Shown here piece by piece: positions 18,922-29,481 of a stretch of DNA of 64,000 bases. The notes under the pieces were generated by a model. That model saw only the letters and a program-made list of their open reading frames with translations. It made no database searches and was not told the origin of the DNA. Position 1 is the first letter of the stretch; every line of letters begins with the position of its first letter. Both the position numbers and the translations under genes were made by a program. This stretch comes from Faecousia sp. (GTDB lineage Bacteria > Bacillota > Clostridia > Oscillospirales > Oscillospiraceae): positions 10,816 through 74,815 of the forward strand of contig JAZRHG010000052.1 in the NCBI GenBank assembly GCA_045644625.1, written 5' to 3'.

Positions 18922-20220
18922 TTATTTCTTCGATATTCTGTCAATGATTTCCAAAGAACGGTTGGCAAGGGCAAGGTTCTTTTCCGCCTTTTTGCGGATT
19001 CGTTTTTCCAAAGGAGAAATAATGCTGAAATTGATATTCATAGGCTGAAAATGCTCCAGCCGTTCATCACTGATATACAGGCCCAGCGCGCCAATTGCCG
19101 TTTCCTGGGGAAACTCCGGCAGGGGTTTTCCCTGCACCTTGGCAGCCATAGCAACTGCCGCCAAATAGCCGGATGCGGCGCTTTCCACATAGCCCTCCAC
19201 ACCGGTCATCTGTCCGGCAAAGGCAACCAAGGGATTGCGGCGGTCTGCGTAATACTTGTCCAACAGCTTGGGCGATTGCAGGAAGGTGTTGCGGTGCATC
19301 ACACCATAGCGGACAAATTCTGCGTTTTGAAGCGCGGGAATCATAGAGAACACCCGCTTCTGCTCGGGAAATTTCAAGTGTGTCTGGAAGCCCACTAAGT
19401 TAAATACACTCTTGGCTGCATTGTCCTGCCGCAGTTGCACAACTGCATAAGGCTCCTTGCCTGTGTTGGGGTCGATAAGTCCCACCGGCTTTAAGGGACC
19501 AAACCGCAATGTGTCTTCGCCTCTGCGCGCCATAACCTCCACCGGCATACAACCCTCGAACACCCGCTTGTCCTCAAAGCCGTGGACCTCCGCCTCCTCG
19601 GCGGAAATCAGCGCCTGCAGAAAGGCAAGATATTCTTCTTTGTTCATCGCGCAGTTGATATAGTCCGGCGTGCCCCGGTCATAGCGGGATTGCCACCAGG
19701 CTTTTGTCATATCAATGGATTCTGCCGTAACCAAAGGTGCAGCCGCATCAAAGAAATGCAAGTGTTCCGAGCCAAAGTATTTGCCAATGGCGTCCGACAG
19801 GGCATCGGAGGTCAAGGGGCCTGTTGCCACAATCACAGGGCCTTCCGGAACTTCGGTAATTTCTTCCGAGCAAACTGTAATGTTGGGGTGGTTTTTGATT
19901 TTCTCCGTAACAAGGTCCGAAAAGCCCTGACGGTCCACCGCCAGGCAGCCGCCGGCTTCCACGCGGGTTGCCTCGGCGCAAGCCAAAATCAGACTATCCA
20001 AACGCCGCAGCTCCTCCTTGAGAAGTCCTACCGCGTTTTCCAGCCGGTCGCCACGCAGAGAATTGGAGCAGACCAGCTCTGCAAAGGTGTCAGTATGGTG
20101 GGCAGGCGATTTTTTTGCCGGCTTCATTTCATAAAGGGTCACGCAGATACCCCGCTGCGCCAACTGCCAGGCTGCTTCACAGCCAGCAAGTCCTGCGCCA
20201 ATTACCTTCACCTTACTCAT
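18922..20220 (-). CDS. trmFO: tRNA (uracil-5)-methyltransferase TrmFO (Gid)
   Basis: GAGLAGCEAA, ELVCSNS, FEGCMP, GQMTGVEGY. Confidence 0.96.
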   Translation of the reverse strand: MSKVKVIGAGLAGCEAAWQLAQRGICVTLYEMKPAKKSPAHHTDTFAELVCSNSLRGDRLENAVGLLKEELRRLDSLILACAEATRVEAGGCLAVDRQGFSDLVTEKIKNHPNITVCSEEITEVPEGPVIVATGPLTSDALSDAIGKYFGSEHLHFFDAAAPLVTAESIDMTKAWWQSRYDRGTPDYINCAMNKEEYLAFLQALISAEEAEVHGFEDKRVFEGCMPVEVMARRGEDTLRFGPLKPVGLIDPNTGKEPYAVVQLRQDNAAKSVFNLVGFQTHLKFPEQKRVFSMIPALQNAEFVRYGVMHRNTFLQSPKLLDKYYADRRNPLVAFAGQMTGVEGYVESAASGYLAAVAMAAKVQGKPLPEFPQETAIGALGLYISDERLEHFQPMNINFSIISPLEKRIRKKAEKNLALANRSLEIIDRISKK

Positions 20221-22394
20221 TTGCTTTTGCTCCCTGTCTTTTTCGTGGTTTTCTTTGTGGCTTTTTCTGCCTTTTCTGCTTTTTCTGTCTTTTTGTAATA
20301 GCCCCGCTTGTCCTCGGGGAGGAAATCCTTACAAGCCTCGTTAATGCAGAAGCTCTTCATACGGCCTCTGCCGGACTTTTTAAACAAAGTCTGTCCGCAG
20401 CTGGGGCAATCCTCTGCTGTGGGCACATCCCAGCTCATAAAGCCGCACTCAGCGCCCCGCTCGCAGCCATAGTAGGCAAAGCCGCGCTTGGATTTGCGCT
20501 TCAAAATCGTGCTGCCGCACTTGGGGCAGCGGCCGGGCATTTTTTCTACAATGGGCTTGGTGTTCTTGCATTCGGGGAAGCCCGGACAAGCTAAGAACTT
20601 GCCAAATCTGCCGATTTTGACCACCATATTCCGCCCGCATTCTTCGCAGATTTCCTCGGAAACCTCGTCGGGAACTTTCAGCCGAACGCCCTCTAAGGCA
20701 GCCTCTGCCTCCTCCAGTTCCCGATGGAATTGCTGATAGAACTCCTCCAAAACAGCCTTCCACTGACGCTTTCCTGCCTCCACATCATCCAATTGATTTT
20801 CCATATTGGCAGTAAATTCCACATCAATAATATCCTGAAAACGCTCTAACATCAAGGTGTTGACCACCTCGCCCAGTGCGGTGGGAGAAAGGCGCTTATC
20901 TGTCTTTTGCACATATTCCCTGTCTTGAATGGTAGAAACAATACCTGCGTAGGTAGAAGGTCTGCCAACGCCCTTTTCCTCCATTGCCTTAACCAGGGTT
21001 GCCTCGGTGTAACGGGCAGGTGGCTGGGTGAAGTGCTGCTCCTTTTTGATATCGGTTGCCAGCGCAGTCTCCCCTTCCTGCAAATTGGGAAGCGGAGAAC
21101 CTACGGCTTCACTGTCCTCGTCCTTGCCTTCCTCGTACACCGCAATAAAGCCGGCAAATTTCAGGCTCTGGTGGGTGGAACGGAAGGTGTGACCGGCACA
21201 TTGGGTGTCGATTGCCACAGTGTCATACACCGCGTTTGCCATCTGGGATGCCAAAAAGCGGCTCCAAATCAGCTTATATAGGCGGTATTGCTCTTTGGTC
21301 AGGCTGCTTTGGATTTTCTCCGGATCCAGCTCCACATGGGTGGGGCGGATGGCTTCGTGGGCATCCTGGGCGCCGGACTTTGTTTTGAAATTGTGGAACT
21401 TTCCGTAGTAATATTCCTTGCCGTAGCGGTTTTTGATAAAGGCGCCTGCTGCTGCCATCGCCTCTTCCGACAGGCGCAGAGAGTCGGTACGCATATAGGT
21501 AATCAGACCCAAAGTGCCTTCCCCTGCCACATCCACGCCTTCATACAGCTGCTGGGCAATAGCCATTGTGCGCTTGGGGGTCATATTCAGCTTACGGGAA
21601 GCCTCCTGCTGCAAGGTGGAGGTGGTAAACGGAGGGGCGGCAGAACGCTTTTTCTCTGCCCGCTTGACATTGGTCACGGTAAATTCGCGGCCTTCGATGT
21701 CGGCAATGATTTTATCGGTTTGCGCTTCGTTTTCCAGCTCTTTTTTCTTGGTGTCGCCGTGATAGCGGGCAACAAAAGTGCCGGGGGTTTGTGTGCGGCG
21801 CAAGGTCACATCCAGCGACCAATATTCCTTGGGAACAAAGGCACGGATTTCATTTTCTCTATCCACCACCAGGCGGGTTGCCACAGACTGCACACGACCT
21901 GCAGACAGACCGCGACGCACCTTTTTCCAAAGCAGCGGCGACAGCTCATAGCCCACAATGCGGTCCAGCACGCGGCGTGCCTGCTGGGCATCCACTAAGG
22001 CATAGTCAATGCTCCGGGGATTTTGGATGGACTGGGTAACCACCTTTTGGGTAATCTCGTGAAAGGTCACCCGATGGGCTTTTTCCTCGGGAAGCTGCAG
22101 TAGCTCCTTCAAATGCCAGGAAATAGCCTCGCCTTCCCGGTCAGGGTCGGTTGCCAGATAGACATTTTCTGCCTTCTTTGCAGCCTTCTTAAGGTCGGCA
22201 ATAACTTCCGACTTGGTGTCCATCGGTACATACTCCGGCACAAAGCCGCCGGCAATGTCCACACCCATGGTGCTCTTGGGCAAATCCCGCAGGTGACCCA
22301 TACTGGCTTTTACCACATATTCCGGTCCTAAATATTTTCCTATGGTTTTCGCCTTGGAAGGCGACTCAACAATAACAAGATTGGTTTGTGCCAT
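20217..22394 (-). CDS. topA: DNA topoisomerase I
   Basis: IVESP.KAKTI, ATDPDREGE, SAGRVQ, ITYMRTDS, C-terminal zinc ribbons. Confidence 0.97.
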   Translation of the reverse strand: MAQTNLVIVESPSKAKTIGKYLGPEYVVKASMGHLRDLPKSTMGVDIAGGFVPEYVPMDTKSEVIADLKKAAKKAENVYLATDPDREGEAISWHLKELLQLPEEKAHRVTFHEITQKVVTQSIQNPRSIDYALVDAQQARRVLDRIVGYELSPLLWKKVRRGLSAGRVQSVATRLVVDRENEIRAFVPKEYWSLDVTLRRTQTPGTFVARYHGDTKKKELENEAQTDKIIADIEGREFTVTNVKRAEKKRSAAPPFTTSTLQQEASRKLNMTPKRTMAIAQQLYEGVDVAGEGTLGLITYMRTDSLRLSEEAMAAAGAFIKNRYGKEYYYGKFHNFKTKSGAQDAHEAIRPTHVELDPEKIQSSLTKEQYRLYKLIWSRFLASQMANAVYDTVAIDTQCAGHTFRSTHQSLKFAGFIAVYEEGKDEDSEAVGSPLPNLQEGETALATDIKKEQHFTQPPARYTEATLVKAMEEKGVGRPSTYAGIVSTIQDREYVQKTDKRLSPTALGEVVNTLMLERFQDIIDVEFTANMENQLDDVEAGKRQWKAVLEEFYQQFHRELEEAEAALEGVRLKVPDEVSEEICEECGRNMVVKIGRFGKFLACPGFPECKNTKPIVEKMPGRCPKCGSTILKRKSKRGFAYYGCERGAECGFMSWDVPTAEDCPSCGQTLFKKSGRGRMKSFCINEACKDFLPEDKRGYYKKTEKAEKAEKATKKTTKKTGSKSK

Positions 22395-22405
22395 AGTTTC
22401 CTCCA

Positions 22406-23608
22406 TCATCGATAATTGGCAGATACCAGTCTGCCCGGATGGTTTTGTACCATCCCTTTCAGCGCCAGGGCTGTTAAAGCGCGCAAAGCCTCCGGTGCCG
22501 GAAGTCCTGTTTGCGCAATCAAACGATCCACAGGGATTGGGTTTAAATCCAAGCAGCGAAGCACAGCTTCCTCCTGCGGTGTCAGGTTATTTTCTAAGTC
22601 ACTATACGCGTTTGCGGTTGGATTGTCAATAGGTTTTTTCTCCGCAGGTTCTTGAAGCTCCGGAAAAATCACGGTTTCTGCCAAACGCTGTCGGGAAAAG
22701 TTCGGTTTTTCCACATCCCGCTTTTCCACTGTGTAGGGGTACTGGGGCGCATACACTTTCAAAATATCCCAGCCGCAAAACACAGCCGTTGCAATATCGC
22801 CAATCAGCCCGTTGCTGCCTGCGCAGGTTGCCATCCCCACACTGCCGGGAACGGCAAACACATCTCTGCCCTGTTGGAAAGCATCCCGGGCAGTAATCAG
22901 CGCGCCGCTTTGGTTGGGCGCTTCCACTACCAGCACGCCATCGGACAGTCCGCTGATAATACGGTTGCGCTCGGGAAACTGCCAGGGCTTCGGCTCGCTA
23001 TCCGGCAGGTACTCCGACATCAGGCAGCCGTTTTGGGAGATTTTGGAAAACAGTTCCCGATTTGTTTTGGGGTATGCCACATTGACGCCGCAGCCTAAAA
23101 CCGCCACAGTTTGGCTGCCTGCAGAATTTGCGCTCTGCAAAGCGGCGGTGTCAATACCGCCTGCGCCACCGGATACCACAAGTCCGCCGCAGACGGCAAG
23201 CTCACGGGAAATAACCCGCGCCACATTCATTCCGTAGGCAGAGGCTTTCCGTGTTCCCACAACACCGATGACCGGCTGCCCCTCAAAATCCGGAAGCACA
23301 CCTTTATAATATAGTACCAGAGGCGGGTCTGCAATATTCTTAAGTTTGCTGGGATAACCGGCATCTGCCATTGTCAAAATGCCCACCTGTTTTTCGGCGC
23401 AGCCTTTGACCACAGAGCGGGCAAGAGTCAAATCCTTATTTTCCAAAGCCTTCCCGATGGGTGTGGGAATTTGGCGGATATGGGCAAAGCTCTCTGTGTT
23501 ATAAATCTCTTCCGGGTCAGAAAAATGCTTTAAAAGCTCTAATTTTTGCTTCAGGCTCACATTGGGAAGCGTAGCATACCAAATCCAATGTATCAGCATT
23601 TTCTTCAC
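22406..23608 (-). CDS. dprA: DNA-processing protein DprA
   Basis: VGTR, VSGGA.GID, FPERNRIISGLS, SGALITA; classic dprA-topA-trmFO synteny. Confidence 0.95.
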   Translation of the reverse strand: MKKMLIHWIWYATLPNVSLKQKLELLKHFSDPEEIYNTESFAHIRQIPTPIGKALENKDLTLARSVVKGCAEKQVGILTMADAGYPSKLKNIADPPLVLYYKGVLPDFEGQPVIGVVGTRKASAYGMNVARVISRELAVCGGLVVSGGAGGIDTAALQSANSAGSQTVAVLGCGVNVAYPKTNRELFSKISQNGCLMSEYLPDSEPKPWQFPERNRIISGLSDGVLVVEAPNQSGALITARDAFQQGRDVFAVPGSVGMATCAGSNGLIGDIATAVFCGWDILKVYAPQYPYTVEKRDVEKPNFSRQRLAETVIFPELQEPAEKKPIDNPTANAYSDLENNLTPQEEAVLRCLDLNPIPVDRLIAQTGLPAPEALRALTALALKGMVQNHPGRLVSANYR

Positions 23609-23620
23609 CCGTTTCTCTTT

Positions 23621-24364
23621 CTATTTTTGCATCTGCCACATCACAATGGCTGCGGCTATGGCAGCATTGAGTGATTCGCAGTTGGGGTTCATCGGAATAA
23701 TCAGTTCCTGCCCCGCATTTTCTAAGATTTCTTGTCTTACGCCTTGTCCCTCGCTGCCAATGACAACCGCCATTTTATCAAGGGGCGCCTGTCGCAGGTC
23801 TATTGCCTGATTGGACAGGGCAGTCACCGCAATTGGAATACCGGCATCGGCGCATTTTTCTTTGGCATCTAACCAGGTAGTCTGCTGGACTTTTGTGCGG
23901 AACACCGCACCCATGCTGGCTCTGACCACCTTATGACTATAAGGGTCGGCGCAGCCTTCCAAAAGCGCCACCGGTACGTTCAGAGCATCGGCAGTACGCA
24001 AAATGGTGCCCAAATTGCCCGGATCCTGAATGCCGTCTAAAAGCAGCATGCCCGGGGTAGGCGCAAATTCTTTTTTCTCCGGCAGGCGGCAGAGGAACAA
24101 CGCGCCTTGCGGGGTCTGCATTGGGGATATGGATGCCATTACATCCTCCGGCACGCGGATAAGCCGGACATTCATTGGAACATCTGCTTGCACATCGTCG
24201 GATAAGATGACCGTATCCAAGCCGGGCCACCAACGAACAGCCTCACTGAGAAGCTTGGTGCCGTCGGACACAAACAGGCCTGATAGCTCCCGTTCTTTTT
24301 TCGAGGTAAGCAGACGGCGTACCTGCTGCAAAAAGGGGTTTTTGCGAGATGTAATTCGTTCCAT
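23621..24364 (-). CDS. TrmH/SpoU family RNA methyltransferase
   Basis: QDPGNLGTILRT, IGSEGQG, ESLNAA. Confidence 0.92.
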   Translation of the reverse strand: MERITSRKNPFLQQVRRLLTSKKERELSGLFVSDGTKLLSEAVRWWPGLDTVILSDDVQADVPMNVRLIRVPEDVMASISPMQTPQGALFLCRLPEKKEFAPTPGMLLLDGIQDPGNLGTILRTADALNVPVALLEGCADPYSHKVVRASMGAVFRTKVQQTTWLDAKEKCADAGIPIAVTALSNQAIDLRQAPLDKMAVVIGSEGQGVRQEILENAGQELIIPMNPNCESLNAAIAAAIVMWQMQK

Positions 24365-24497
24365 AGGCAGCTGCGCTTCCCTTCCAAAAATTTCAGTATA
24401 TTATACCATTTTTACCCCGTTTTTTCAAGGGGTTAACAGCACAAAAAGGGCATAACCGCGGGGTGTTTCCCGTCGATTATACCCTTTTTATTCACAA

Positions 24498-25694
24498 TTA
24501 GTCGTTGGTGTAGTTATCGAAATAGCCCTGGATATAGACAATGGGCGTGCCCTTATCACCGGAGCCGGAGGTCAGGTCGCACAAAGAGCCAATCAGGTCG
24601 GTCAGCCGGCGGGGGGTTGTGCCTTGAGCAGCCATATTTCCCACTAAAGATGAGCCGTCCTTGGCCTGGATTTTATCCCGGATAGCGTCCCGCAGAGCCT
24701 CACCGGACAAATCCGCAAAATCGTTATCTGCCAAATACTTCAGCTTCAGTTCGTTGGGAGTACCCTCCAAGCCGGGGGTGTATGCAGGAGAGACCACAGG
24801 GTCAGCCAGCTCCCAAATCTTGCCCACAGGATCTTTGAATGCGCCGTCACCGTAGACCATCACTTCGATGTGCTTACCGGTGGCTTTCACTAACTTATCC
24901 TGAATTTCTTCCACCAGTCCCTGGCACTCACGGGGGAACAGCTTGACTGTATCGTCAGTTGCCTTGTTGGAGCCCAACAGGCCGTAACGCTCGTTGCAGC
25001 CGCTGCCGTTTACAGGTGCGGTCATAATCTCGTCCATGCCAAACACTTTTTCGCCACCGGCAGCCTTCAGCAGGCGGTTGGTGCGCACACGGGTGTGAAT
25101 ATCACAGTGCAGCACATTTTTGGTATAGTTGAGCACTGCACGGGGGTCATTGGCGAAAATCACTTCCACCTCTGCGCCGCACTCGCGGATGAGCTGGGAG
25201 TAATACTCCACATAGTCCACGCCGGTGAAGGGGTGCTTCACAAAGCCGAACATCTTCCGGTACTGTTCCTCATTCAGCACATCTTTATAAGGGTCAACAC
25301 CGTTCTGGTCCATCATATCCCAATCGATCAGGTGGTTGCCCACCTCGTCTGCAGGATAGCTGAGCATCAGCACGATTTTCTTACAGCCCTTGGCAATACC
25401 ACGCAGGCAGATAGAGAAACGGTTACGGCTCAAAATAGGGAAAATCACGCCCAAAGTTTCGCCACCGAATTTTGCGCGAATATCTGCAGCAATATCGTCA
25501 ACACTGACATAGTTACCCTGTGCGCGGGCAACGATAGCTTCGGTCATTGCCACCACGTCACGATCGCGGGGGGTTATTTCACCGTTTTTCACAGCTTCCA
25601 AGATAGAGTCGGTAACGATGCTCGCCAGGTCATCTCCCTGACGGATAATGGGGGCTCTCACGCCCATAGAAACGGTACCTAACATCCGACCCAT
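24498..25694 (-). CDS. Coenzyme F420-0:L-glutamate ligase (CofE)-like family protein, function unknown
   Basis: PII..GDDL N-terminus, E.IVA.AQ, DL..GSG.KGTP C-terminus; AGGAG RBS. Confidence 0.75.
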   Translation of the reverse strand: MGRMLGTVSMGVRAPIIRQGDDLASIVTDSILEAVKNGEITPRDRDVVAMTEAIVARAQGNYVSVDDIAADIRAKFGGETLGVIFPILSRNRFSICLRGIAKGCKKIVLMLSYPADEVGNHLIDWDMMDQNGVDPYKDVLNEEQYRKMFGFVKHPFTGVDYVEYYSQLIRECGAEVEVIFANDPRAVLNYTKNVLHCDIHTRVRTNRLLKAAGGEKVFGMDEIMTAPVNGSGCNERYGLLGSNKATDDTVKLFPRECQGLVEEIQDKLVKATGKHIEVMVYGDGAFKDPVGKIWELADPVVSPAYTPGLEGTPNELKLKYLADNDFADLSGEALRDAIRDKIQAKDGSSLVGNMAAQGTTPRRLTDLIGSLCDLTSGSGDKGTPIVYIQGYFDNYTND

Positions 25695-25800
25695 AATCAA
25701 CACTCCTAAATTCAAATTACCGGTGCTGTTTTTCGCACCACTGAACTATTATAATACAATTATCTGCATTTGTAAAACATTTTTTACAGCTTTTTAATGG

Positions 25801-26601
25801 TTATTTGCCCAATTCTTGGGTTCTTTGATATGCTGCAGCCACGCCTTCTATCACACTGGCGCGGAAAGCACCCTGCTCCATAGCCGCAACGCCGGCAATG
25901 GTAGAGCCGCCGGGGGAACAAACCGCATCCTTCAGCACACCGGGGTGCATATTTTTCTCCAGCAGCGTCTTGGCAGTGCCCAGCAAGGTCTGCTCCGCAT
26001 AAGCAAGCGCCTGTGCCCGGGTTAATCCACAGGCAACCGCGCCGTCTGCCAAAGCCTCGGCAAACAGGCACACAAAAGCAGGACCACAACCGGACAAAGC
26101 ACTGCCGGCATCAATGAGTTTTTCCGGAAGTCTGTCCAGCTTGCCGGAGGCAGACATGGTATTCAAAAACGCCTGCAACGCGTCTTCGGTTACATTCTCG
26201 GTGTAATCATACAAAATCATACCCTCGCCCACCTGCACAGGCAGATTGGGCATAATGCGAATCACAGGATACGCACCGCCTGCCATCTTTTGAATGTCGC
26301 GGATGACAACGCCTGCCGCCATAGACACCAGCACAAAATCCTGCCGACCTGCCAAAATGGGGGCAATTTCCGAAAGCATTGCACCAATGACCTGAGGTTT
26401 CACGCCTAAGAAGATAATATTTGCCTTTTTCGCCACCTCGGCAACCGTCACTGCCGCGCAGCCCAGCTCCTGGGCTAACTTTTCCGCCACAGGCGCATAG
26501 GCGTCGGCAAGCAAAATATTCTCCTTGGGGGTGCTTTTTGCAGCTGCCCGCGCCAGCGCACCGCCCATATTGCCGGTGCCGATAAAACCAATGATATTCA
26601 T
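25801..26601 (-). CDS. proC: Pyrroline-5-carboxylate reductase
   Basis: GFIGTGNMG, VKPQ, RIMPN, SGCGPA, VCSPGGSTI. Confidence 0.95.
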   Translation of the reverse strand: MNIIGFIGTGNMGGALARAAAKSTPKENILLADAYAPVAEKLAQELGCAAVTVAEVAKKANIIFLGVKPQVIGAMLSEIAPILAGRQDFVLVSMAAGVVIRDIQKMAGGAYPVIRIMPNLPVQVGEGMILYDYTENVTEDALQAFLNTMSASGKLDRLPEKLIDAGSALSGCGPAFVCLFAEALADGAVACGLTRAQALAYAEQTLLGTAKTLLEKNMHPGVLKDAVCSPGGSTIAGVAAMEQGAFRASVIEGVAAAYQRTQELGK

Positions 26602-26614
26602 ATTCTTTTCCTCC

Positions 26615-27859
26615 TTAGCGGATTTGTCCGTCGCCGTGGATGACATACTTATACGTGCAGATTTCTTCCAAACCCATAGGACCGCGGGCGTGCAGCTTTT
26701 GGGTGGAAATGCCGATTTCGCAACCCAAGCCGAACTCACCGCCGTCAGTAAAGCGGGTGGAGCAGTTCACATACACCGCGGAACTATCGATCACCCGGGT
26801 GAATTTCTCGGCAACGGAAGCATCCTCTGTGACAATACATTCGCTGTGACCCGTTGAATGCAATGCGATATGTCCCATCGCGGTATCTGCATCGGTCACA
26901 ACGCCTACTGCCAAGATATAGTCCAAAAATTCGGTGTCAAAGTCGGATGCACCGGCAGGTGTGCCGGGGATGATTGCCTGTGCTTTGGCATCCAGCCGCA
27001 GCTCCACAGGGTTTTCCTTGCGGTTTTTCACCAGCCTGTCATAAAGCTTTGGTAAAAATTCTTCTGCAATATCCTGATGCACCAGGCAGCACTCTGCCGC
27101 ATTGCACACGGAAGGACGGCTGGTTTTTGCATTTTCAATGATGTTCAGTGCCTTTTCCTGGTTGGCAGCTTTGTCCACGTAAATATGGCAAATACCGGTG
27201 CCGGTCTGGATACAGGGCACTTTCGCGCCCTCGGTGCAGGCTTTAATGAGTCCTGCGCCGCCACGGGGAATCAGCAAATCCACATAGCCCACAGCCTCCA
27301 TCAGGTCTGTGACGCTTTGGCGTGAGGTATCCTCCACCAATTGCACAAGCTCCTTAGGAAGATTAACGCTCTCAAGGCCCTTTTGCATTGCCTGCACAAT
27401 AGCCTGGGCGGATAAAAACGCATCCCTACCGCTGCGCAGCACACAGGCAGAGCCTGCTTTGATTGCCAAAGCCGCCGCATCGGAGGTCACATTGGGGCGC
27501 GCCTCATACACCATGGCAATGACGCCCATCGCCACGCCCACACGGTCAATGACGATGCCGTTGGGCCGCTCTACACGACTGCGGACATAGCCCACAGGGT
27601 CCGGAAGCGCTACCACCTCACGGATACCCTCTGCCATACCGGCAATACGGCTTTCCGTCAGAGAAAGTCTGTCTATCATAGAGGCAGACAAGTGGGTCGC
27701 CTTTTTGCAATCTTCCGCATTTGCCTGCAAAATTGCCGGGGTGTTATGTAGCAGCGCCTGCGCCATAGAAAGCAATGCATTGTTCTTTTCTTCCGTGGTC
27801 AGCAGAGAAAGCGCCGGTGCGCTTTTCTTCGCCTGCTTCAAAATTTCCAAAGTGGTCAT
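26615..27859 (-). CDS. proA: Glutamate-5-semialdehyde dehydrogenase
   Basis: YEARPNVT, IPRGG, SVCNA, STRFTDG.EFGLG.EIGISTQKLHARGPMGL. Confidence 0.96.
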   Translation of the reverse strand: MTTLEILKQAKKSAPALSLLTTEEKNNALLSMAQALLHNTPAILQANAEDCKKATHLSASMIDRLSLTESRIAGMAEGIREVVALPDPVGYVRSRVERPNGIVIDRVGVAMGVIAMVYEARPNVTSDAAALAIKAGSACVLRSGRDAFLSAQAIVQAMQKGLESVNLPKELVQLVEDTSRQSVTDLMEAVGYVDLLIPRGGAGLIKACTEGAKVPCIQTGTGICHIYVDKAANQEKALNIIENAKTSRPSVCNAAECCLVHQDIAEEFLPKLYDRLVKNRKENPVELRLDAKAQAIIPGTPAGASDFDTEFLDYILAVGVVTDADTAMGHIALHSTGHSECIVTEDASVAEKFTRVIDSSAVYVNCSTRFTDGGEFGLGCEIGISTQKLHARGPMGLEEICTYKYVIHGDGQIR

Positions 27860-28638
27860 TTTCTTTCACCTGCAAATCGTGTGCCAAAGTTCTTATTCTC
27901 CATCAGTCCGTAGAGGATTTCCGGATCCTGGCCGTTGGCGATAATCATATCAATCCCCTCGGGCATCACAATCTGTGCCGCCTTCAGCTTGGTGGTCATA
28001 CCCCCTGTGCCCAGGGAGGTGCCGCTACCGCCGGCAAGCTCCAAAATTTCCGGTGTAATTGCCTTGACTTCGGGAATCAGGGTTGCCTGCGCATCCTTGT
28101 GGGGGTCTGCGGTGTACAGACCGTCAATATCCGAAAGCAGCACCAAAGTATCTGCCTTCACCAGACGGGCAACATAGGCTGCCAAGGTGTCATTTTCGCC
28201 AATGGTGGTATGTACACCGATTTCGTCAATGGAAACCGCATCGTTTTCGTTGACAACAGGCAGCACATTCCACGCAAGCAGCTGCTCTAAGTTATCGTGA
28301 ACGTGGGTGCTGTGGCGCGGGTCGTGAATATCGTCCGCCGTCAGCAAAATCTGGGCAACGGTGTGGTTATACTGGGAAAACAGCTTGTCGTAGGTGTACA
28401 TCAGCTCGCACTGACCCACCGCCGCCGCTGCCTGCTTGCCGGGCATATCCTGCGGACGTCCGGCAAGTCCTAATTTGCCCACGCCCATACCGATGGCACC
28501 GGAGGAGACCAGCACCACCTCACAGCCTGCGTTTTTCAAATCACTCAGCACCTTACAAAGCAGTTCCACACGGCGAATATTCATCCGGCCGCCGGGATGC
28601 GCCAAAGTAGAGGTGCCGACTTTCACAACAATACGCAT
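27856..28638 (-). CDS. proB: Glutamate 5-kinase (no PUA domain)
   Basis: VVKVGTS, VSSGA, AAVGQ, NENDA, GTGGMTTK. Confidence 0.96.
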   Translation of the reverse strand: MRIVVKVGTSTLAHPGGRMNIRRVELLCKVLSDLKNAGCEVVLVSSGAIGMGVGKLGLAGRPQDMPGKQAAAAVGQCELMYTYDKLFSQYNHTVAQILLTADDIHDPRHSTHVHDNLEQLLAWNVLPVVNENDAVSIDEIGVHTTIGENDTLAAYVARLVKADTLVLLSDIDGLYTADPHKDAQATLIPEVKAITPEILELAGGSGTSLGTGGMTTKLKAAQIVMPEGIDMIIANGQDPEILYGLMENKNFGTRFAGERK

Positions 28639-28702
28639 TTTTCTATCTCCTAAACTTTTTCATTGTACCATTATACATTAAATCTTTTACAATATCAACC
28701 AA

Positions 28703-29371
28703 TTATAACAAATAGGCAAGTCCCTGAATAAGCAACAAATGGACAGGATAATAGATATAGAAGAAATACTTGCCTATTCCCCTGCCCCGTTTTCCATTAT
28801 AAAGCGCAAGCAAAGGTAGTGAAAGCAAAGAATAAAACTGAATTGCCCCCATGTCGAACGCCAGCGCCAACAGGACAACCGACGCAAGGAGCAGCTTTTC
28901 CCATTTGTTTTTTCCCAAATATACAGCAACCGGCAGCAGCACACCGCAGAAGCCGTAGTCCACTTTGTAACCGGTGTTAGAGAGTATATAGGGCAGCACC
29001 TCCGTTACAAAGAACACAACACCAAGACCCAAAATCGGCAATATCCATCCGGCACCACCCTTGTCTTGGGCAATTTTTATGAGCCAAATCAGCCCGATGG
29101 ACAGACTGAAGGTAACAAAAATACACTGGTACAGCGAATCCATTGCCACAAAATACGCCACCTGGCACACTGCCGCAACTGCCGTCACCAGCCCCCAATA
29201 GCGGGGCATACTTCTGGTGTACCGGCAACCCTCGGCAATCATATAAGCAAATATGGGAAACGCCAAACGACCAATTTTCCGAAAAGCAATGTACTGGGGA
29301 AACAACACCATTCCCACGTGGTCTGCAGTCATAAAGATAGCTGCAAGGATTTTTAAAATTGCTCCGTTCAT
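28703..29371 (-). CDS. TraX-family membrane acyltransferase-like protein
   Basis: LKI.A...M..DH, GRLAFPIF....EG, FYIYYP.H. Confidence 0.8.
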   Translation of the reverse strand: MNGAILKILAAIFMTADHVGMVLFPQYIAFRKIGRLAFPIFAYMIAEGCRYTRSMPRYWGLVTAVAAVCQVAYFVAMDSLYQCIFVTFSLSIGLIWLIKIAQDKGGAGWILPILGLGVVFFVTEVLPYILSNTGYKVDYGFCGVLLPVAVYLGKNKWEKLLLASVVLLALAFDMGAIQFYSLLSLPLLALYNGKRGRGIGKYFFYIYYPVHLLLIQGLAYLL

Positions 29372-29481
29372 AGGCACCTCTTACATTTTGTTTACCTGTA
29401 CATTTTATATAATTTACGCGCTTTCGTCAACTGCAAGAAAGGTTAAACGCCACCTGTGAAGAACAGATGGCGTTTTGTAAT

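Noticed and set aside
28703-29371. TraX as evidence of a conjugative element
   Set aside because: A solitary TraX-like gene among housekeeping genes, with no relaxase or T4SS genes.
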